In this document: positions 1 to 13,400 of the stretch, one piece after another
Position numbering within the stretch: the stretch's first letter is position 1
Layout: the number at the start of each line of letters is the position of its first letter
Source: Raillietiella orientalis
Lineage: Eukaryota
Length of the DNA: 64,000 nucleotides
Assembly (NCBI GenBank): GCA_036172245.1
Contig: JAYWIR010000001.1
Location: 6,634,001-6,698,000 of the forward strand
Direction: 5' to 3'
Program-made: the position numbers and the translations under genes
Notes under the pieces: model-generated
Database searches by the model: none
Told to the model about the DNA's origin: nothing
What the model saw: only the letters and a program-made list of their open reading frames with translations

Positions 1-395
1 GCGATGGTTCCCCATGGAGACGTGCATTTCTGTTCCTGTTCCTGCCATCATGTCTTTTTCAGTGACAACACGACTCTGCTGCGCATCGTCACGCCCCAAG
101 TTCGTTGGTTGCTGCAGAAACGACGAAGTGTCCTTCCCGGTCCAAGATGCATGTGACAAGTAGAAATTGGATTCTCTCTTGTTTTGTTTTCAGGTTACTG
201 TTGATGGCTCGATCATCATCCCAACACACTCGATCATGATGCCCGTAAGCAGGTGATTTTATGAACAGCGCCTTCGTACGTCATCTTGACGCAAGGCAAT
301 CGGAATTTGGAAATGGAAAAGCGTTTCCGAGGTGTCGGCGTCGGATGGAAAGGAAGCACGCATCTTTCGCAATCCTGTGTCATCAGCTTCAGGCT
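1..395 (+). pseudogene. Maverick minor capsid (penton/PZ) C-terminal remnant
   Basis: 61-93 translates SDNTTLLRIVT (consensus GDxxAPLLRIV). VISFRL near 378-395 resembles the terminal VTLHFR. Confidence 0.55.
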
Positions 396-1199
396 TCCAG
401 CAGGTAAAAGCGACCACCCGGTGAACGAACTGAGAAAGTGTGGTGCGCCGAAATCCAAATCGGATCCCTGGGAGAGGAATGCTGTTGCACCTGAGATGCT
501 TCCGAACAGAAATCCGTTCCAGAGGTTCTCATCTCACGGTTCGGGCAGCTCATGATTGCCCGGATTGCCTCTGAAGTGGCTTGCAAGTCCCCCAAAATGC
601 ACTTTCGCCTACTCTTGCGCCACAAAAAGTTGCCTTCCCTATTTTTACACATTGCTGATCATTTTTGAAAATGCATAGTTGACTTGCAGTTTCTATGGGG
701 ATCACACATCTTTGCGATATGGAACGCCCACGCGTACAGTTAGCGCTGGGGTGCTGTTCTTTCCGCTGACCCAATTTTTTGAAGCAAACAAGTCCACACC
801 ACATTCCAGTTTATTTGATCCACTCTTCGTAGTAGGGCAGTCAGCGGTTCGTTGGCTATGTTGGGAAGAGTGACATCCAACATCAGGGATCTTGGAAGAA
901 TGTACACATGAGAGTGAACGGAGTTGATAGTTGAATTTGTCCAGAGGCTTTTTCCTTCCTCAAAGACTTGCTCTTAGGACATGGCAGAGTTTTCCACAAA
1001 ATGTTGCTTCATGTGGACACACATTAGCCACCGTCTCGGACAGGCATGATTTGTTATTTGATTTCATTCAACAATTTACGGTGGCAAAGGTTTTCGATTA
1101 TTCGCGCCTTCCTATTTCATCAGAAAGCATTTGAAGGATACGCCGAAATTTCTTACCGAATTGGTGGTCGTAAACACTCACCGTCTATTGATGAGTATT

Positions 1200-1630
1200 A
1201 TAAATGTGTTGGTTTTGAGGCTGACGAAACAAAAGTGGGAATGTTCGGGACATTTCCATTCCACAACGTGCGGAAAAGACTTCCATCGATCTTCACTTCA
1301 GTCAACGGAATCGTTCGTTGATGAGATGAAGAAGCAAAAGCGACATCAATGGTTCTCAATATCATAGAGGCCTTCCGAGACGATAAGTCAACGGAGTGTC
1401 TTTTGTATGCAGGACAAATTCATGCTGGAATGCTGAATACTTTGCTTACCTCGTATTTCCTTCTTGGATGTCACGTATACAGTGCTGCGTTGGCATGGAG
1501 ATGATGGTTGTATTACGAGGAATCTCGGAAAACGTCTTGATGGAAAATAGAACTTATTTTCTTCCATTTCAGATCATACCGTGACAAAAGCTGCACAATC
1601 CACGCTTTCCGATGCGGATGCGATCTGAGG
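1200..1630 (+). pseudogene. Maverick adenain-like cysteine protease remnant
   Basis: Ordered motifs across frames: FGTFPF (~1244; FxGVFP), HQWFSI (~1344; catalytic HW), AEYF (~1432; EYFDS), KLHNP..RCG (~1588-1618; QxxxSxxCG). Confidence 0.55.
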
Positions 1631-1699
1631 TCCCCCACCCTTCTTCACATTCTCCGGTTTCCCTTCTAGGCAGCACCACTCGGCATGCAGCAGAAAGGT

Positions 1700-3030
1700 C
1701 CTCCTCGAAGCTAAAGTCTGTTGAGGTTTGACAGTGCAATCCTGAATTGGGTCTAAACGTGATATTTGTGAAGAGCACCGCTAACACCAGCAGAACCGGA
1801 AAGGAGACGTCATGACGGTCTTTTAGTACGAGGGGGAAGTCAACTGTTTCCAGCAAAGGGCAGAGGAAAAGCAAAGCAAAGAAAGTCTTTTGGCGTGTGC
1901 CGGTCGCAGTGATGGCCGCGGGCAGACTGGCATTCATCCGAAACAGGGGGCCATACTGCAGTTCTTCTCAGGCTATGGAAACGTTAGACATGAAACGACA
2001 GTTCCAGGGCTGAATGGCTCAATGCATGAAGAACGGAGTCATGAAGTTGGGACAAGGAGAGGAGTCCTTTCCAGTCTGCTCAACAGTTTGCTATTCTGAG
2101 CAAAGCAGCGAACATGACTTCCGCTCATAACACGAGAAGCCTTTTTCGTCCTTTCCTCTTCACCCGGTGAATCCAAGAATGATTTCTAATGTGAATCACC
2201 GTTGCAGCAGTCTCTTTGGCTGCAGCTGGAAGTCTCCAGCAATCGTGACTTGAGGAAAGTGGTAGTCAATGGTTGCCAAGGTCTCAGCCCTTCATGGCGA
2301 GAGCAAAGGTTTCCGGAAATGAGATGTATCTGGTGTTCTTTTTGCAGGAGAAAGGAGCTCTCTTCAGCGACTGTCGAGTGTGATTATGCAGGCCGGCAAG
2401 AACAGGATGTGCTCATTCGAGGGCACAATTTGGCAGTCGCTCATCTTATCGCTCGCAAGTTGAGATCACAGTTTGTGGGAGGACACTGTCAAAATGTGCT
2501 GTTGGAAATGAAACACCGCCAAAAGTTTACGCTCTTTTGCGCTTTCTTCATACAGCTAAAACGACAGTGATAGGTGTCACGTTGTATATCGTTGGAAGTG
2601 GCATAAGCGACCTGATTCTTCCGCCTGTCTTGAAGACATTTTCAAAAGTTGCTTACCTATGTTATCGTTGGAAACATCGTATGCGTTCTCTATGCAAGAG
2701 TGAGTAACCGAGTCCGAGCTGAGTAACTTGGATCCGAAGGATGTACTCGTAGAGAATTTGATACAGATTTCTTCGCAGCTGCGAAGGAGTACCATCTTCG
2801 CGAAATGAAGGTATTTCATGATCGTTTTTAGCGTAAACATTTCTTGGTGGTGCTTTCCAATCCTTCAGATGTATGAACCGTGGTACCATCTGCTGTCTCT
2901 CCTTTTTGGGGATCTCGGGGAAGGTGTTTCAAAATGCTCTTCGTGAACCTCGAGTTCTGCTCCTCAACAACACGAAGGAAATGCGAAGTTCGGAGTTGCT
3001 CGTTTAGCTCTCTCCGTGCAGTCGAAGGCA
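1700..3030 (+). pseudogene. Maverick double-jelly-roll major capsid protein remnant (copy 1)
   Basis: Ordered motifs: GPY...METL (~1948-1986; YPYRAYxETL), RKVVVNG (~2255; KxLxNGV), LAVAHLIARKL (~2430; IxxAxLxVRKV), EDIFKSCLP (~2632; DNxFxGxLP), FQNALREP (~2927). Confidence 0.65.
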
Positions 3031-3149
3031 CTTGACATCTTCATTCGGGTGACGCAGTGGATGGAGTCATCACTGCAGCAGAACCCGAACGCTTTCGTCT
3101 TTATGCTTTTGTTCTGATGATGTCCATTTCCTGAGCTGAATTGCGCGAT

Positions 3150-5340
3150 ACCCTCACAAAATTGCTTTTCGTCTATTCAGAGAGCTTGAGTGCTTGTTGG
3201 TCCAGGTATCTGAATGGACGGAGGGTATCCAGGTCTGCTCTGGGTGATTTTTGGAGCCATTCTTGTTTCTTCTTTTTTTTACACAGCTACCGCTGTTCGT
3301 TTTAGTTTTTTCCTTTGCGTCTACTTCTGCTTTTACTACGCCGAAATGGTGATTTTCGTTTAGTGCATTCCCGCATGCAGAGCTCTCTTCGACACCAACC
3401 CTCTGAAGCGGTCCAGACATCTCAGGATGACACAGAATAGAGATGCCGGCGAACGTTTCCTGCCCTTCCAAGTTTAGAAAGGCAGGAATGCAGCCAACTC
3501 TGGAGCAGTTTGACCCTGGAGTAATCGGCGGTTCTTCAGTACTGGGGGATGGGATTCGACGGGCTGCCAACTTCATTTAAATGAATTGTAGAGTCATTAG
3601 TCTCGGCCAGCGAAGTCTCGGCCTTCAACACAGAAACTTTCAATTTATCCGGGCTCAAGATTATCATGTTGATAATCGGTATTCTCTTCTTTTGTGTTCA
3701 CGTGCTTCTTTCTGAAACTTGTACCCGTTATATACAAAAGCCTCATGTACTGCGAAAAACATCAGTCTTTCTGGATAAAGGCAGGAGGGATCGGTTCATC
3801 GAAATCAAAATCAGAGAAGAGAAACGGAGGAAGCAGCCTCAGGTTCTGCAATGCAGTAATGGTCTTACTAATTCGTTCGAGGGACTTCAATGCATACCCA
3901 AGTGGATGGATACGTATTGGAAACGTGGCACTCGGATCCTGAAAATACAAAGGAGGAACAAAGCAAAGGGAAGGCTGCTAAAGAAGGGGAAAAGGAACAT
4001 GCGGACCTCTCGTGCTTGAAGTGCAACGTATGTCTGCCAGGAAAGATCTCTTCGTTTGGGGAACTCTGTTAGCACGGATGAGTCATCATCCGACTAAAGC
4101 TCTACTTTACAGGATCCACCTGGCGAACGGCGCAGTCGCCGACAGCTCTTCTCCGTATGAAGGGAAAAGCCGAATTCCCTGCTTGGAGAGCAGACGAAAT
4201 TTCCTGCAGGTAAAAGAATAGCTGGAGAGCCACAGCTGAACGCATCTAGCAGCGAATGCTTTCCTTTTGCCTTGAGAACGTCGCTTTCTGAATACACCTC
4301 TGTTCTGCTTTCCACGGATCTCCACTGGACAGATTGGGACTTGCAGCACAGGCACCTTTTAGATGGCTGTCCCTACGACGTAGAAAAAGTCGTCGTAAGA
4401 AAAGAGAATCATTCTTTGTCCATGGCAGCCCTCTAGAGGACGACTTCTGCGGTTGCCTTGGGCTGCACCAATGTGTATTTTCCTTGAGGTCACCCAGTAC
4501 ACTGAGCAAGCAACCACTTGTTGTAGGAAGAAACCACTTGTTTTTTTTCTGTTTTTTTTCATATGGAATCTTTCCCTTTGCTTCAGCATGGACGAATCTC
4601 CCACAAGATGCTCCTGCAATGTTTTCCTTCCGCACTGCATTCTTCATTCGACTTTTCGCGTTTTCTTCTGCTTTTACACGTGCTCCAGGTGCTACTATTT
4701 CTTTGCTTTGTTTCGAACTTTTTAGTACTTTGCCCTTGCTCGTTGTATTCTGGATTTGGATTCCATGGAAAATAGAATTCTTAAGCCTGGCTGGAAATGG
4801 AAACCTGAGCATTCCTCCCTTAAGAAGTGAAACCTGAGTCAACGTAGTTTCCTAGTGAACCGCGCAAAAGCTGCTTCTCTATCTACGCTCGCGGTTCCTT
4901 GCAGAAGAAACGTAAGCATAGGCGGTTCAGCCACCAATTTGTGCAGAAACGAGTCTCTCGTGGATTCAGAAAATGCAGGAAGATGAAGGCGATGGCGGAC
5001 TTGATCCAGAAATGCAGTTTTCTATATACAACGTTGCTTCAGACGGCTGTAGGATTTCAGCTAGTGGCCTTTGAAGCGGTGGCCCAGCAGTGTGCTTCAT
5101 CACAGCCGGCACCTCTTTTGTGCGTCCGTCAGCTGGTGATTTTGCTATTCATTGGAAAAAAGGCTTCCCCTGCTCTGCGACCAATACCGGTGCTACCATC
5201 AAATCATTGAAATACCTGTTTGGTCCATTTTAACATGTTCCCATTCAAATAAGTGATAATGAGGCCTGATGAACCTGAGCATGCATGAAGCGTTTGAGAC
5301 GCACCTCATGGTGAAAGTGTACGTCCGTATTAAAGACATG
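3150..5340 (+). pseudogene. Protein-primed family B DNA polymerase (pPolB) remnant
   Basis: Ordered motifs: TFNLSGLK (~3636), YIQKPHVLRK (YCxxDVxILR), VDGY (~3902), LGCTNVYF (~4458; GGRTxxF), IFPFASAWTNLPQDAP (~4568; SLYP..YPxGHP), KLLL (~4868; KLxLNS), LCD (~5175; YCDTDS). Confidence 0.65.
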
Positions 5341-5349
5341 ATAGCTTCG

Positions 5350-5900
5350 AGTCGGTGTGGAGTACTTAGTCCCCAGAATCTGGACAAAATGGAACGGCGA
5401 CCCGAATACGAGGACTGACCCTGGCTCCCGAACAACGGAGGACGATCTGGTTCTTTTGGTACCATTCTTTGCTAACCGAGCAGTCGTCTTCGATGGTCTA
5501 ATGCCTTTTGTCGTCTCGAGTCACCGAAATTTGTCTGGATGGAGTAAACAGCTCTTGCAGCTGTTTGTGCGGAGGAAAGGGTAAACTTCTTCGAACTCAG
5601 CCTAATGGCCCCCATTTCCACTGACAACGCATTGAAGTTCGAAATTCTGCAACTACGGAAGAATGCTGGAGGAACGTTGGAAGGATTTGACAGTTTCCAC
5701 GTGGCAGCACAAAGCATCCGTGGCACAGGATATGCGTGACCGTTGAGGACTTTTAAGAGCTGCCTGAGTGGAAATCTACGTTTCTTGCTTTGCTCTCTAT
5801 CGCAGAGAAGAGCTCCGGTGCTTATTGCAGGACACCGGCCTGTCTTGAGAATCGAATAATCTGCTTGTCTCTTCCATGAATGTTGTGAATGGATTGTGGA
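5350..5900 (+). pseudogene. A32/FtsK-like packaging ATPase remnant
   Basis: ORF 5357-5584 contains AVVFDGLM (Walker B hhhhDDLM) and SSHRNLS...QLF..KG (SHHxNxS...QNLFxxGK). It is followed by RTQPNGPHF (RTISLNAHY). Confidence 0.7.
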
Positions 5901-5989
5901 TCCTACTGCTTGAGGATCGAAACCGCCAACATCCCTGTTTCCACTGCAGGTCTGAAGGATTCCCGTCCTGGAAAGAACTTGCCAATCTG

Positions 5990-6420
5990 TGTTGACGGAT
6001 GAATGCATGGAAAGGTGCAATGAGGAAAGAGAAATTTGCTCTGCACACCTGCTTTCCAGCAGGGATTGAATGGCTCTTCGCACCAGCTTACAAGATTCTT
6101 ACGCACTCAGTAACTTTGGAAGCACCTGATCGATGCGGCCGAAGACGCTGTGAGACGACCTTCTGCATACGGAAGCGTTCCCTGTTTCTATGCTTTAGTG
6201 AGACCACTCGTTTGCTAACTAGCTTCGGATGGCATTCCGGGGATGGACAGGGGTAACCTTTGGTTGAAAGTGAATACAGGGTCTGGGAAGGAGCAAACTA
6301 GCCTTCAAACTCCTACCGGGAGCAGAAAAACTGAGCAGGGTGTGTACGAAGCCCAATTTCTCTAAAGTTTCTTCCCATTTCTGGTTTAAAGAGCCTCCCA
6401 TTTTGTAAGGTAGACGAATT
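5990..6420 (+). pseudogene. Maverick RVE integrase remnant
   Basis: ORF 5999-6256: EKFALH (xAYTLH), AYKILT (GYKYILT), GDGQG (TDxG). Position fits the Maverick A gene set. Confidence 0.45.
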
Positions 6421-7619
6421 CGGAAATACTAGTCGTCTGCAAATTGTGTTCCGTTTCGCAATTGAAGAGATTCACCTTGGAAGCCATTTGATGAACTAAA
6501 CGTCAGGAAATGCATGCATTTACGCTTATATGAATGTATATTCCCCAAGGAACAGCTGATTTTCAATGCAAACGAAAATGGAATCCAAGTACAAAACACC
6601 AAAAAATGAAGAAATAGCCCTCAAACTTTCCCAAATCCATGCTGAAGATCCACGCAGTCTTCTATTAAATATACTATTTTTCGATCAATCCTCTCCCTTC
6701 GTTATTTGGTAACATGAAAAATAACCCACACCTCAGACCAAAGAAAACTCTTGCTGCGTAGCTGCCACGCGAGGCATGTATTCTGCCGTTGGGAATTCTA
6801 CTCCACGTTAACTCTTCCACAACAAATAATGACCCAGTATATTATCCACAGTATGGTACCTCAAGAAAAAGGTGGATTCGAGAAAGATATGATCCACATC
6901 ATTGATAAGTAAAGCTGGGTGAAGCTGATGGGTGCATCCACCCTTCATTCGAAATTGGTCTCTATGATCTTTTTACCAGATTTTCTTCGACACTATTCCG
7001 CTTGCCACTCTACCTTCTCGGAAGAATTATGTCCGTGGCTGCCAACGACTTGCAATTATGTAGCAGGCTACGACTGGAAACGAGTTAAATATCAGTATGT
7101 TCCCGATTTCTGCCACATTCTCCTGGTTTTCCACTTTGCCTTAAAAAAATGACATTAATTTTCTCATGTACTCATAAAACTCTTCTCTCCATGCCACTTG
7201 CAATTCTCCCTTTAATCTTAATTCCAAAGATAGTAAGATCGCTCTTAGATAATGAGCATTTTGCCATCATCAACAAGTCTTCATGCTTCTCGGCCATCAT
7301 GGCTCTAGGATGACGGAAACCAGTTGCACATTTCTTTAAATCTCCTCTTCCAAAGGTCATCATCCTAGAGCCAGGAATGTATAAGGGCATCCTTTCTTTT
7401 TAATTACTTTGTCAACTCTGTCGTTTTCATCCATCGGTCCATCTATCTGTTTTCCTTCTCAATAAAACGATTCCAGAATTGTATCAGTTGGCTACAGATT
7501 CTCATGTCCATAATCATTATGATTTCAAGCGATAAGAGGAGCATCTCTTCTGATAATGGATGCTGTTATTGCTTCGATTGCTTAATTCAAAGGCAATTGC
7601 GGGCTCATGCAGTTCCGCC

Positions 7620-7815
7620 GTTTTTGAGCCAACATTGCGGTGTGTGCAGGGTGTCTCAATCAAGAGACGTTCACTGCTTATTTTGCATCGGATTCATTCA
7701 TGGAGTGTCCTTAACGCATTGCATACTGGAAACTGAGACCTGCTGTTTTCAAGAAACGAAGGCGTGACTCAGGATAGCGAAAAGGTACGAGACTACCTCA
7801 CTCCAGAGACAGGTT
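7620..7815 (+). mobile_element. LINE APE-endonuclease N-terminal fragment
   Basis: Translates ILETETCCFQETK (APE motif xxCLQET). Diverged direct repeat of 8485-8575. Confidence 0.5.
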
Positions 7816-8484
7816 CGAAATTATAAGAAAAAAGAAAAGAAGGAAAGAGAAGGAGGAAAATGAAAAGGGACGAAGGAAAGGAGAAGGAAAACAAAGGGGG
7901 ACATCTTTGGAGATTTCCAGTGGAGGAAAGTGACGGTTTTTTCTCATATATTTTTCTTTTCTAACTTCCTTCTCTAGATGAGGTCGTTCAACCGAGGCGC
8001 TGCCACTCATGGGCGGATCGAGACTCGAAAACCCCTCTCGGTAGGCGAAACCCATCCAAACCAACGACGTTTCCATGGATACTCTTCGTTTAGAGAAAAA
8101 AGTCGAAGAAAATTCCTCCCCGCAAGTAGTATTCTGTTGACTGTTGTCATCTATTCGTCTGCTTTCGTCGCGATGCCATCCAGAAAGACGATTCTATAAT
8201 CTTTGGACTGAGGGCAGCAGCCGTGCCCTGGATGCTGAGGAAGGAGGTAGGTGACGATGCCTGGGGGTTGATGGGCGGCATCGAGACTGTTTTCTGTTTC
8301 TAATTTCCGATCGTTGGAAGGATATGGCAAACCTGGAAAGACTCCCCGCTAGAAAACAGAGGTAGGAGGAAGAGACGGACTGAGTAGTGCCGTGGGTCAC
8401 CTCGCATCACACGGGAATTCCGGAAATCACCGGGAGTGCACGGAGCCATCTCTCGTAGGGGGCTGGGTAAACGGGAGCATTTGA

Positions 8485-8575
8485 ATACTGGAAGCTGAGG
8501 CCTATTGTTTTCAAGAACTGGAGGCGTGACGCCGGATAGCAGGGAGGTACGAGGCTACCTCTCTGGAAGGACAAC
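8485..8575 (+). mobile_element. Second LINE APE fragment
   Basis: ILEAEAYCFQE. DNA clearly related to 7725-7815 (tgttttcaagaa..ggcgtgac..ggatagc..aggtacgag.ctacctc). Confidence 0.45.
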
Positions 8576-8589
8576 CGTTTCAGAGAAAG

Positions 8590-9460
8590 AAACGAAATTA
8601 CAAGGGATCCATGCTGTGTCTTTGAGAGGCGGACGGGACCAAGGGAAGAAGGTGAGGAAGAAAAAGGATCGGCAGAAAAGAGAACGAAGGTTGAAGAATG
8701 AAAGAGGCAAAAGCTGTTAAAAACTTTGAAGTTCGAAAGTTGGAAAAGAAGGGAACGGTGAAACGTACATCCGTACTAATGAACTGTGGTAACAGAAGAA
8801 GGAAATGTAGATAAAGTAATTGTCAAGTAGAACAGAAGGAAGAGGAAGAGGAGAAAAACGGGAGTAAGGAGCAATCTGGGTAAGAAAAAATCCTTCGAGA
8901 AGGCTAGAATGTGGGAAAATTTGGAGGAAAAGGAAGAAAGAAGGGTGCTTAGAAAGATAGAGCAAGAGGAAACAAAGAATAGCCGATGTTGTTATAAAAA
9001 AGTTTGAGGTGGAGAAAGGAAGAACGGAAAAGAGGAAAGAGGAACTTGAGGTACAGAAAGTGCTCTCACGAAGAGGAAAAGAAATGAGGGGAAAGAAGAA
9101 GGTAAAAAATATTGAAAAAGCAAAGAATAAGGGGAAGAAAAGGAGGAAAAAAGAAGGATTTGTTAAAGGAAGACAAAAAATAGAAGATGAAAGGCTAGAG
9201 AGAGAAGCAGTTTGAAGGAGAAGAAGAGATCAAAAGACGAATGATTAGAGGAAAGAGGGATAGAAGGGAAAAAAAGGAGTCAATAGGTGAAGAAAAATGA
9301 AACAAAGAGGAAAAAGGGAAAAGTGAAGAAGTGGAGAAAGAGACAAGGAGGATCGAGGGAGAGGAACAATCAAGTGGATAAAACGAAGAAGAGTTGAAGG
9401 GAACGCGAAAATGAAGAGAAGGTAGAGAAGGGCATGAGGGGGTATGAAAACTGCAGAGAG
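8590..9460 (+). repeat. Purine-rich (GA/AAG) low-complexity tract
   Basis: Sequence is almost exclusively A/G. The K/E/R-rich ORFs here are compositional. Confidence 0.85.
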
Positions 9461-9479
9461 AAGGCGGCCGGGAACTCAT

Positions 9480-10370
9480 TCTCCGTGGATCTTCGGTGGA
9501 TCCTTCATCGGTTTGTGGAGCTGCTTGTTCAGTCGTTTGCCGAGGGATCTGCTGTCCAAAAAAGACACCGACGGCGAGCTGACACGGTCTTGCCTCCTTG
9601 AAGGTTGCCCATGCAAGATTAAAAGCATTTTGGGAGACTCAGGAGGAATATTGGAACGGTTGGAACAGTGACACTCTTCCAATGAAGTGGCAAGAGACTG
9701 CGTTGCTATTCTTGCATTGGGGAATCCTAGAATGGGTGGACCAAGCAGTATACGCTACCTGTACCCAGGCCAACCATCCCACAAGTCAAACATTGAGGAA
9801 CTGGCCACCTGCAGAGCACTGGCGGAGAGACGGGGGATGCAACAAGCCCCCCATGTCTGATAGACGACAATAATAAGGTGAGCCACAGCTCCGCGGAGGT
9901 CAACTGATCGATACGGAGGTTTTATAACGACCTGTACGCGAATGAAGATCTAGATAGGTGCAGAGCTGAAAAGCTGCTGCCGGAAATAAAGACAGCCATC
10001 AAGCAACTGAAAAGAAAAAAGCTTCCAGGAGGATGGAATACCCGCAGAATTTTTCCAGGTTTTTTTCAAAGAGGTAGGTCCTCTAATCCAAAATTTAGAA
10101 CTAGATATGAGGCGAACTGGGAGGACACCAATATCCTTCAGTTCCCCTAGAATGAGACTACTGCCCCAAAATGGAGATCTTCGGAGATTGGCCAATTGGC
10201 GTCCCATCACAATTGTGAATGCAGATGCTAAACTGATGCCAAAGATGTGGGCGGTAAGACTAGGGAAGGTCCCAGATCCCTTGGTCAGCCCCGAGCAAAC
10301 GTGCGCGGTGCCAGGGAGGAGCATGGAATTCAATCCTGCCAGTCGCTCTAGCGTCTGGCAGGATTGGTAG
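9480..10370 (+). mobile_element. Scrambled L1/Tx1-like LINE ORF2 fragments
   Basis: LPMKWQETALLFLHWG (C-terminal region) is followed by the RT start DGIPAEFF...RLLPQNGDLRRLANWRPITIVNADAKLM..EQTCAVPGR. Confidence 0.85.
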
Positions 10371-10489
10371 GTCAAGATCACCGTCTCGGCGCGGGGCAAA
10401 CAAGTCCTTCAGTCAGGTTCGGGACCTCCCCTTGCTCTAAAGAGCTATTCTCAGGAGGAGGTCCTTCGTCTACTTTCCGATCCTCTCCG

Positions 10490-13400
10490 GTGTTGCCACC
10501 TGGTCACGCCTGGGAGTTTGTTGAGAAGAAACAATAAACTCACAACTTTCGCTGTGGGGCAAATAGTCCCACCACAGCCGATTTTTCCCTGGACCTGCCG
10601 AGTCTCCTGTGCGCAGACCAGCGGACTCACATCGGCAGCGGAGGGGAATCCGAAAAAAAAAAACAACATAAAGAATAAATAAAAAAGAAATAAAAAAAAG
10701 TGGGGGGGTCAAGAGGGGATCTCTGGAGGAAGCCTGCATCCATTCCAGGATGCCAGCAAGGTCTGCATGCTGCCCAAGTGGAGTCATCTCGCCGCTATCC
10801 ACAACAAGAGACTGCAAACTCGATGCCATCTCTCTCGTTTCTGCCTCCTCCGTCGGCATCGCTCCAGACCATCGCAATCCCGTGGATGCAGCAGAATGCT
10901 GCCAAAACTGAGGCTGCCTGCAGGACGTTCCGCATAAAGAGGAGACGTAAAACATCCCTGAGGGAGGTGACCACCGGAATCCAGAGAGTCCTTGCAAAAC
11001 ATTACCATAGGGAGTGGAGAGCGACAGAATCCTCGATCAGGTGCGGAAAGTATTCCCATTCCTCGCACCTGCGACAATCCAGATTTACCCTCCCCAGCCT
11101 CCAGTGGTGTCTGCGTGCGCTGCAGGGAAGATCCTGAAGTTCTGCAGGGAAGAAGTTCAACAGCTGCAGTGACGACTGCTGCCGCTTCAGGGAGAGGGCG
11201 TTGCTATTCATGAGCACTGAGAGCTACTCCAGGTCCTCTGATGGAATGACCAGCAGCTCGCCCCAGCGCTATATTCCTCGTGGAGGGACACTCGAGGTCG
11301 CTGCGTCCTCCAGCTGCCCGGTGGTCCAACCGCTCATCAGCTTCTTCCTGCCAGCAATCTTGCATTTCCACCGCGGCCTCTGGCTGCTGCTTAGTGCCTT
11401 CCTCAAAAAGGACAGCAGCGAAAGGGATCATCTTCTATACCGTGCTCCTTCCAGGACACTCCAGGACTTTCCGGATCCAGAAGCAGGAGTAGTTGCCAAG
11501 TCGCCGGCACTTCCACCTCTCGATTCCTGTTTCGTTGATCTTCGCCCTCATATCATTGTTTCCTCTATCCAGGTGTTACAGTTGATGGGGCAGCAGATCA
11601 TCCAGTCGTTCTCCTTCGCCGGGTGACCATGCGACCGAGGAGAAGACCACACCTTGGGGTGTGAGCACGAGAGGAAAGACGCGAGTCCTTCCGTTCTGGC
11701 CTCATGGCTTGCGAGGAGAGATGCTGGAATTCACCATGGAGTGCTCCAATACTTCGCTGCCAAGGCTATCGATCGCCACCGCGACTGAGTTTCCATCCGC
11801 TCCATCGTCAGGAGGCCGAGACCGCCGCCCCTACGGGGAGCACACAAGTCCATCAGCCGGACTTGAGGCCTCCCGTTGCCCCACAGGGAAATCCTGAGGA
11901 AGTCCTTTGTCCGCTTTTTTACTTCTTTGTGGTCAGGGCAAAAAAAAGTAGGAAGCGAAGGAGGGGAGCAGAGAACGGGTTCTCCTTAGCGGTGAGGAAC
12001 GCGTTCCACACCGCGGCCCGTTCCTGCAGATGAAACCTGACTCCTTGCAACGGGCCGTGCTCCTGATCTGCTTTCTGGGGACGGATAGATCAGGCTTCTG
12101 CAGGGCGGAATTCCCCCAACGGAACCCCAAGGTACGTCAAGTACCTAGGCGTTCCGCTGGAAGATTCCAACGTTTCTTGCGGGCAGGTAATTGAAGTACC
12201 TGCCCTTGAGGATTGCCAAGCGGATCCAGTCTGGCTGTCCTGCCCAGATCTCACTAACTGGTGCCACTGATGACTTCGCCCTGTTCACCAGCAGGTCCTC
12301 CCCTCGGCTCAGCAACTCTAAGACCTCCAATGTAGGAGCCGGTATGGACATGGGGAGCAGCAGCAGTAGATCGTCCGCGTTCGCTGCCACTGCAGGCGTA
12401 GCGGGACATTCGCGCGGCTGGTGAGCCATAGTCTCTCCGTAAGCTCTCAGCACCAATTCGAAATAGGTGCTACAGGGAAGGAGACTCAGACCGTCTTCCT
12501 GCCGCATCCCGCCTCGCACCGGTACGCCCTGCGCTGTCTGCCTGCTGAAAGAAACCTTTATGAGCGCAGCAGGCAAGCTGGAGGCATAAGTCAATATTAT
12601 GATCAAGAAGCCCAAACGTTTCATGAGCTCCAGAAGAATCTTCTGGTCAACGCAATTGGATGTCTTGTGCAAGTCGACTGCGACCGCTAGGGCTCTCAGT
12701 CCTCCGTTCGCCCTTCACGCCTAGCTCCACGGACTCTCCGGGATTCTAGTTGCCCATGTTTTCCCCCTCTTGTGGTAGCACGAACCAGGGGATAAGCTAA
12801 AAGAGTTAGGAATCCATGTTTTGCTCGGGAACAGCGTAAGACTGCTCCAGGATAATAAAGAATTCTGCCAACCGTCCTAGGCTCTCGGTCCACAGTTTCG
12901 CCAGCAATTTGGCGTCTCTGCGGAAGATACTGGAGTGTCCCTCTAGGAGCACGTGAGCAGAGACGACCCCCCTAGCTACGGCGATGCCCTTCCTGAGAAG
13001 GGCGCTCCCCAGCAGCCGAATGCCTAGGTGGCAAGTCTCCTGCCGTATCGCAGACAGAGAGAAGAAGATGAGCGGTTGGACCATGGGACAGCTGGCAGAC
13101 GCCATTACCCCGAGCAAGGACTACTGAGATGGGGCGAGCTGCTCGGCATCCCGATCGATGACCTGAAGTGGCCTTCGGTGTTAAATGGTTCAAGGATCCT
13201 CCCCCTGGAGTGGCAAGAGTCGGTGCTTCTGTTGTTGCATTGGGGTCTAGCCTGCAACGCACGCCGCACCACTGGACACAGGGTCGAGTGAATTCTGAGT
13301 GTATCATGTGCGGGAGCGGGAATCCTTCCCCCACCTTATTGTTGACTCTGTTGCCCTCCGACCCCTCTTGGAGCGTCTTGGTACCTCCCTATGGATCCCG

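Larger units (their letters stand above)
1..6420 (+). mobile_element. Degraded Maverick/Polinton element A (penton - protease - MCP - pPolB - ATPase - integrase, all + strand)
   Basis: Six core Maverick genes recognised from motif remnants, co-oriented and contiguous (see individual entries). All are broken by frameshifts and stops. No terminal inverted repeat identified. Confidence 0.75.

Noticed and set aside
1569-3031. Cys-rich minus-strand ORFs as a gB-like fusogen
   Set aside because: The plus strand carries ordered MCP motifs, so the minus-strand ORFs are antisense shadows.
6860-6890. NPPF adenine-methyltransferase motif on the minus strand
   Set aside because: Immediately followed by a stop, with no SAM-binding motif nearby.
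7725-8575. LTR pair
   Set aside because: The direct repeats translate to the APE CxQE motif, lack TG..CA ends and have no PBS/PPT.
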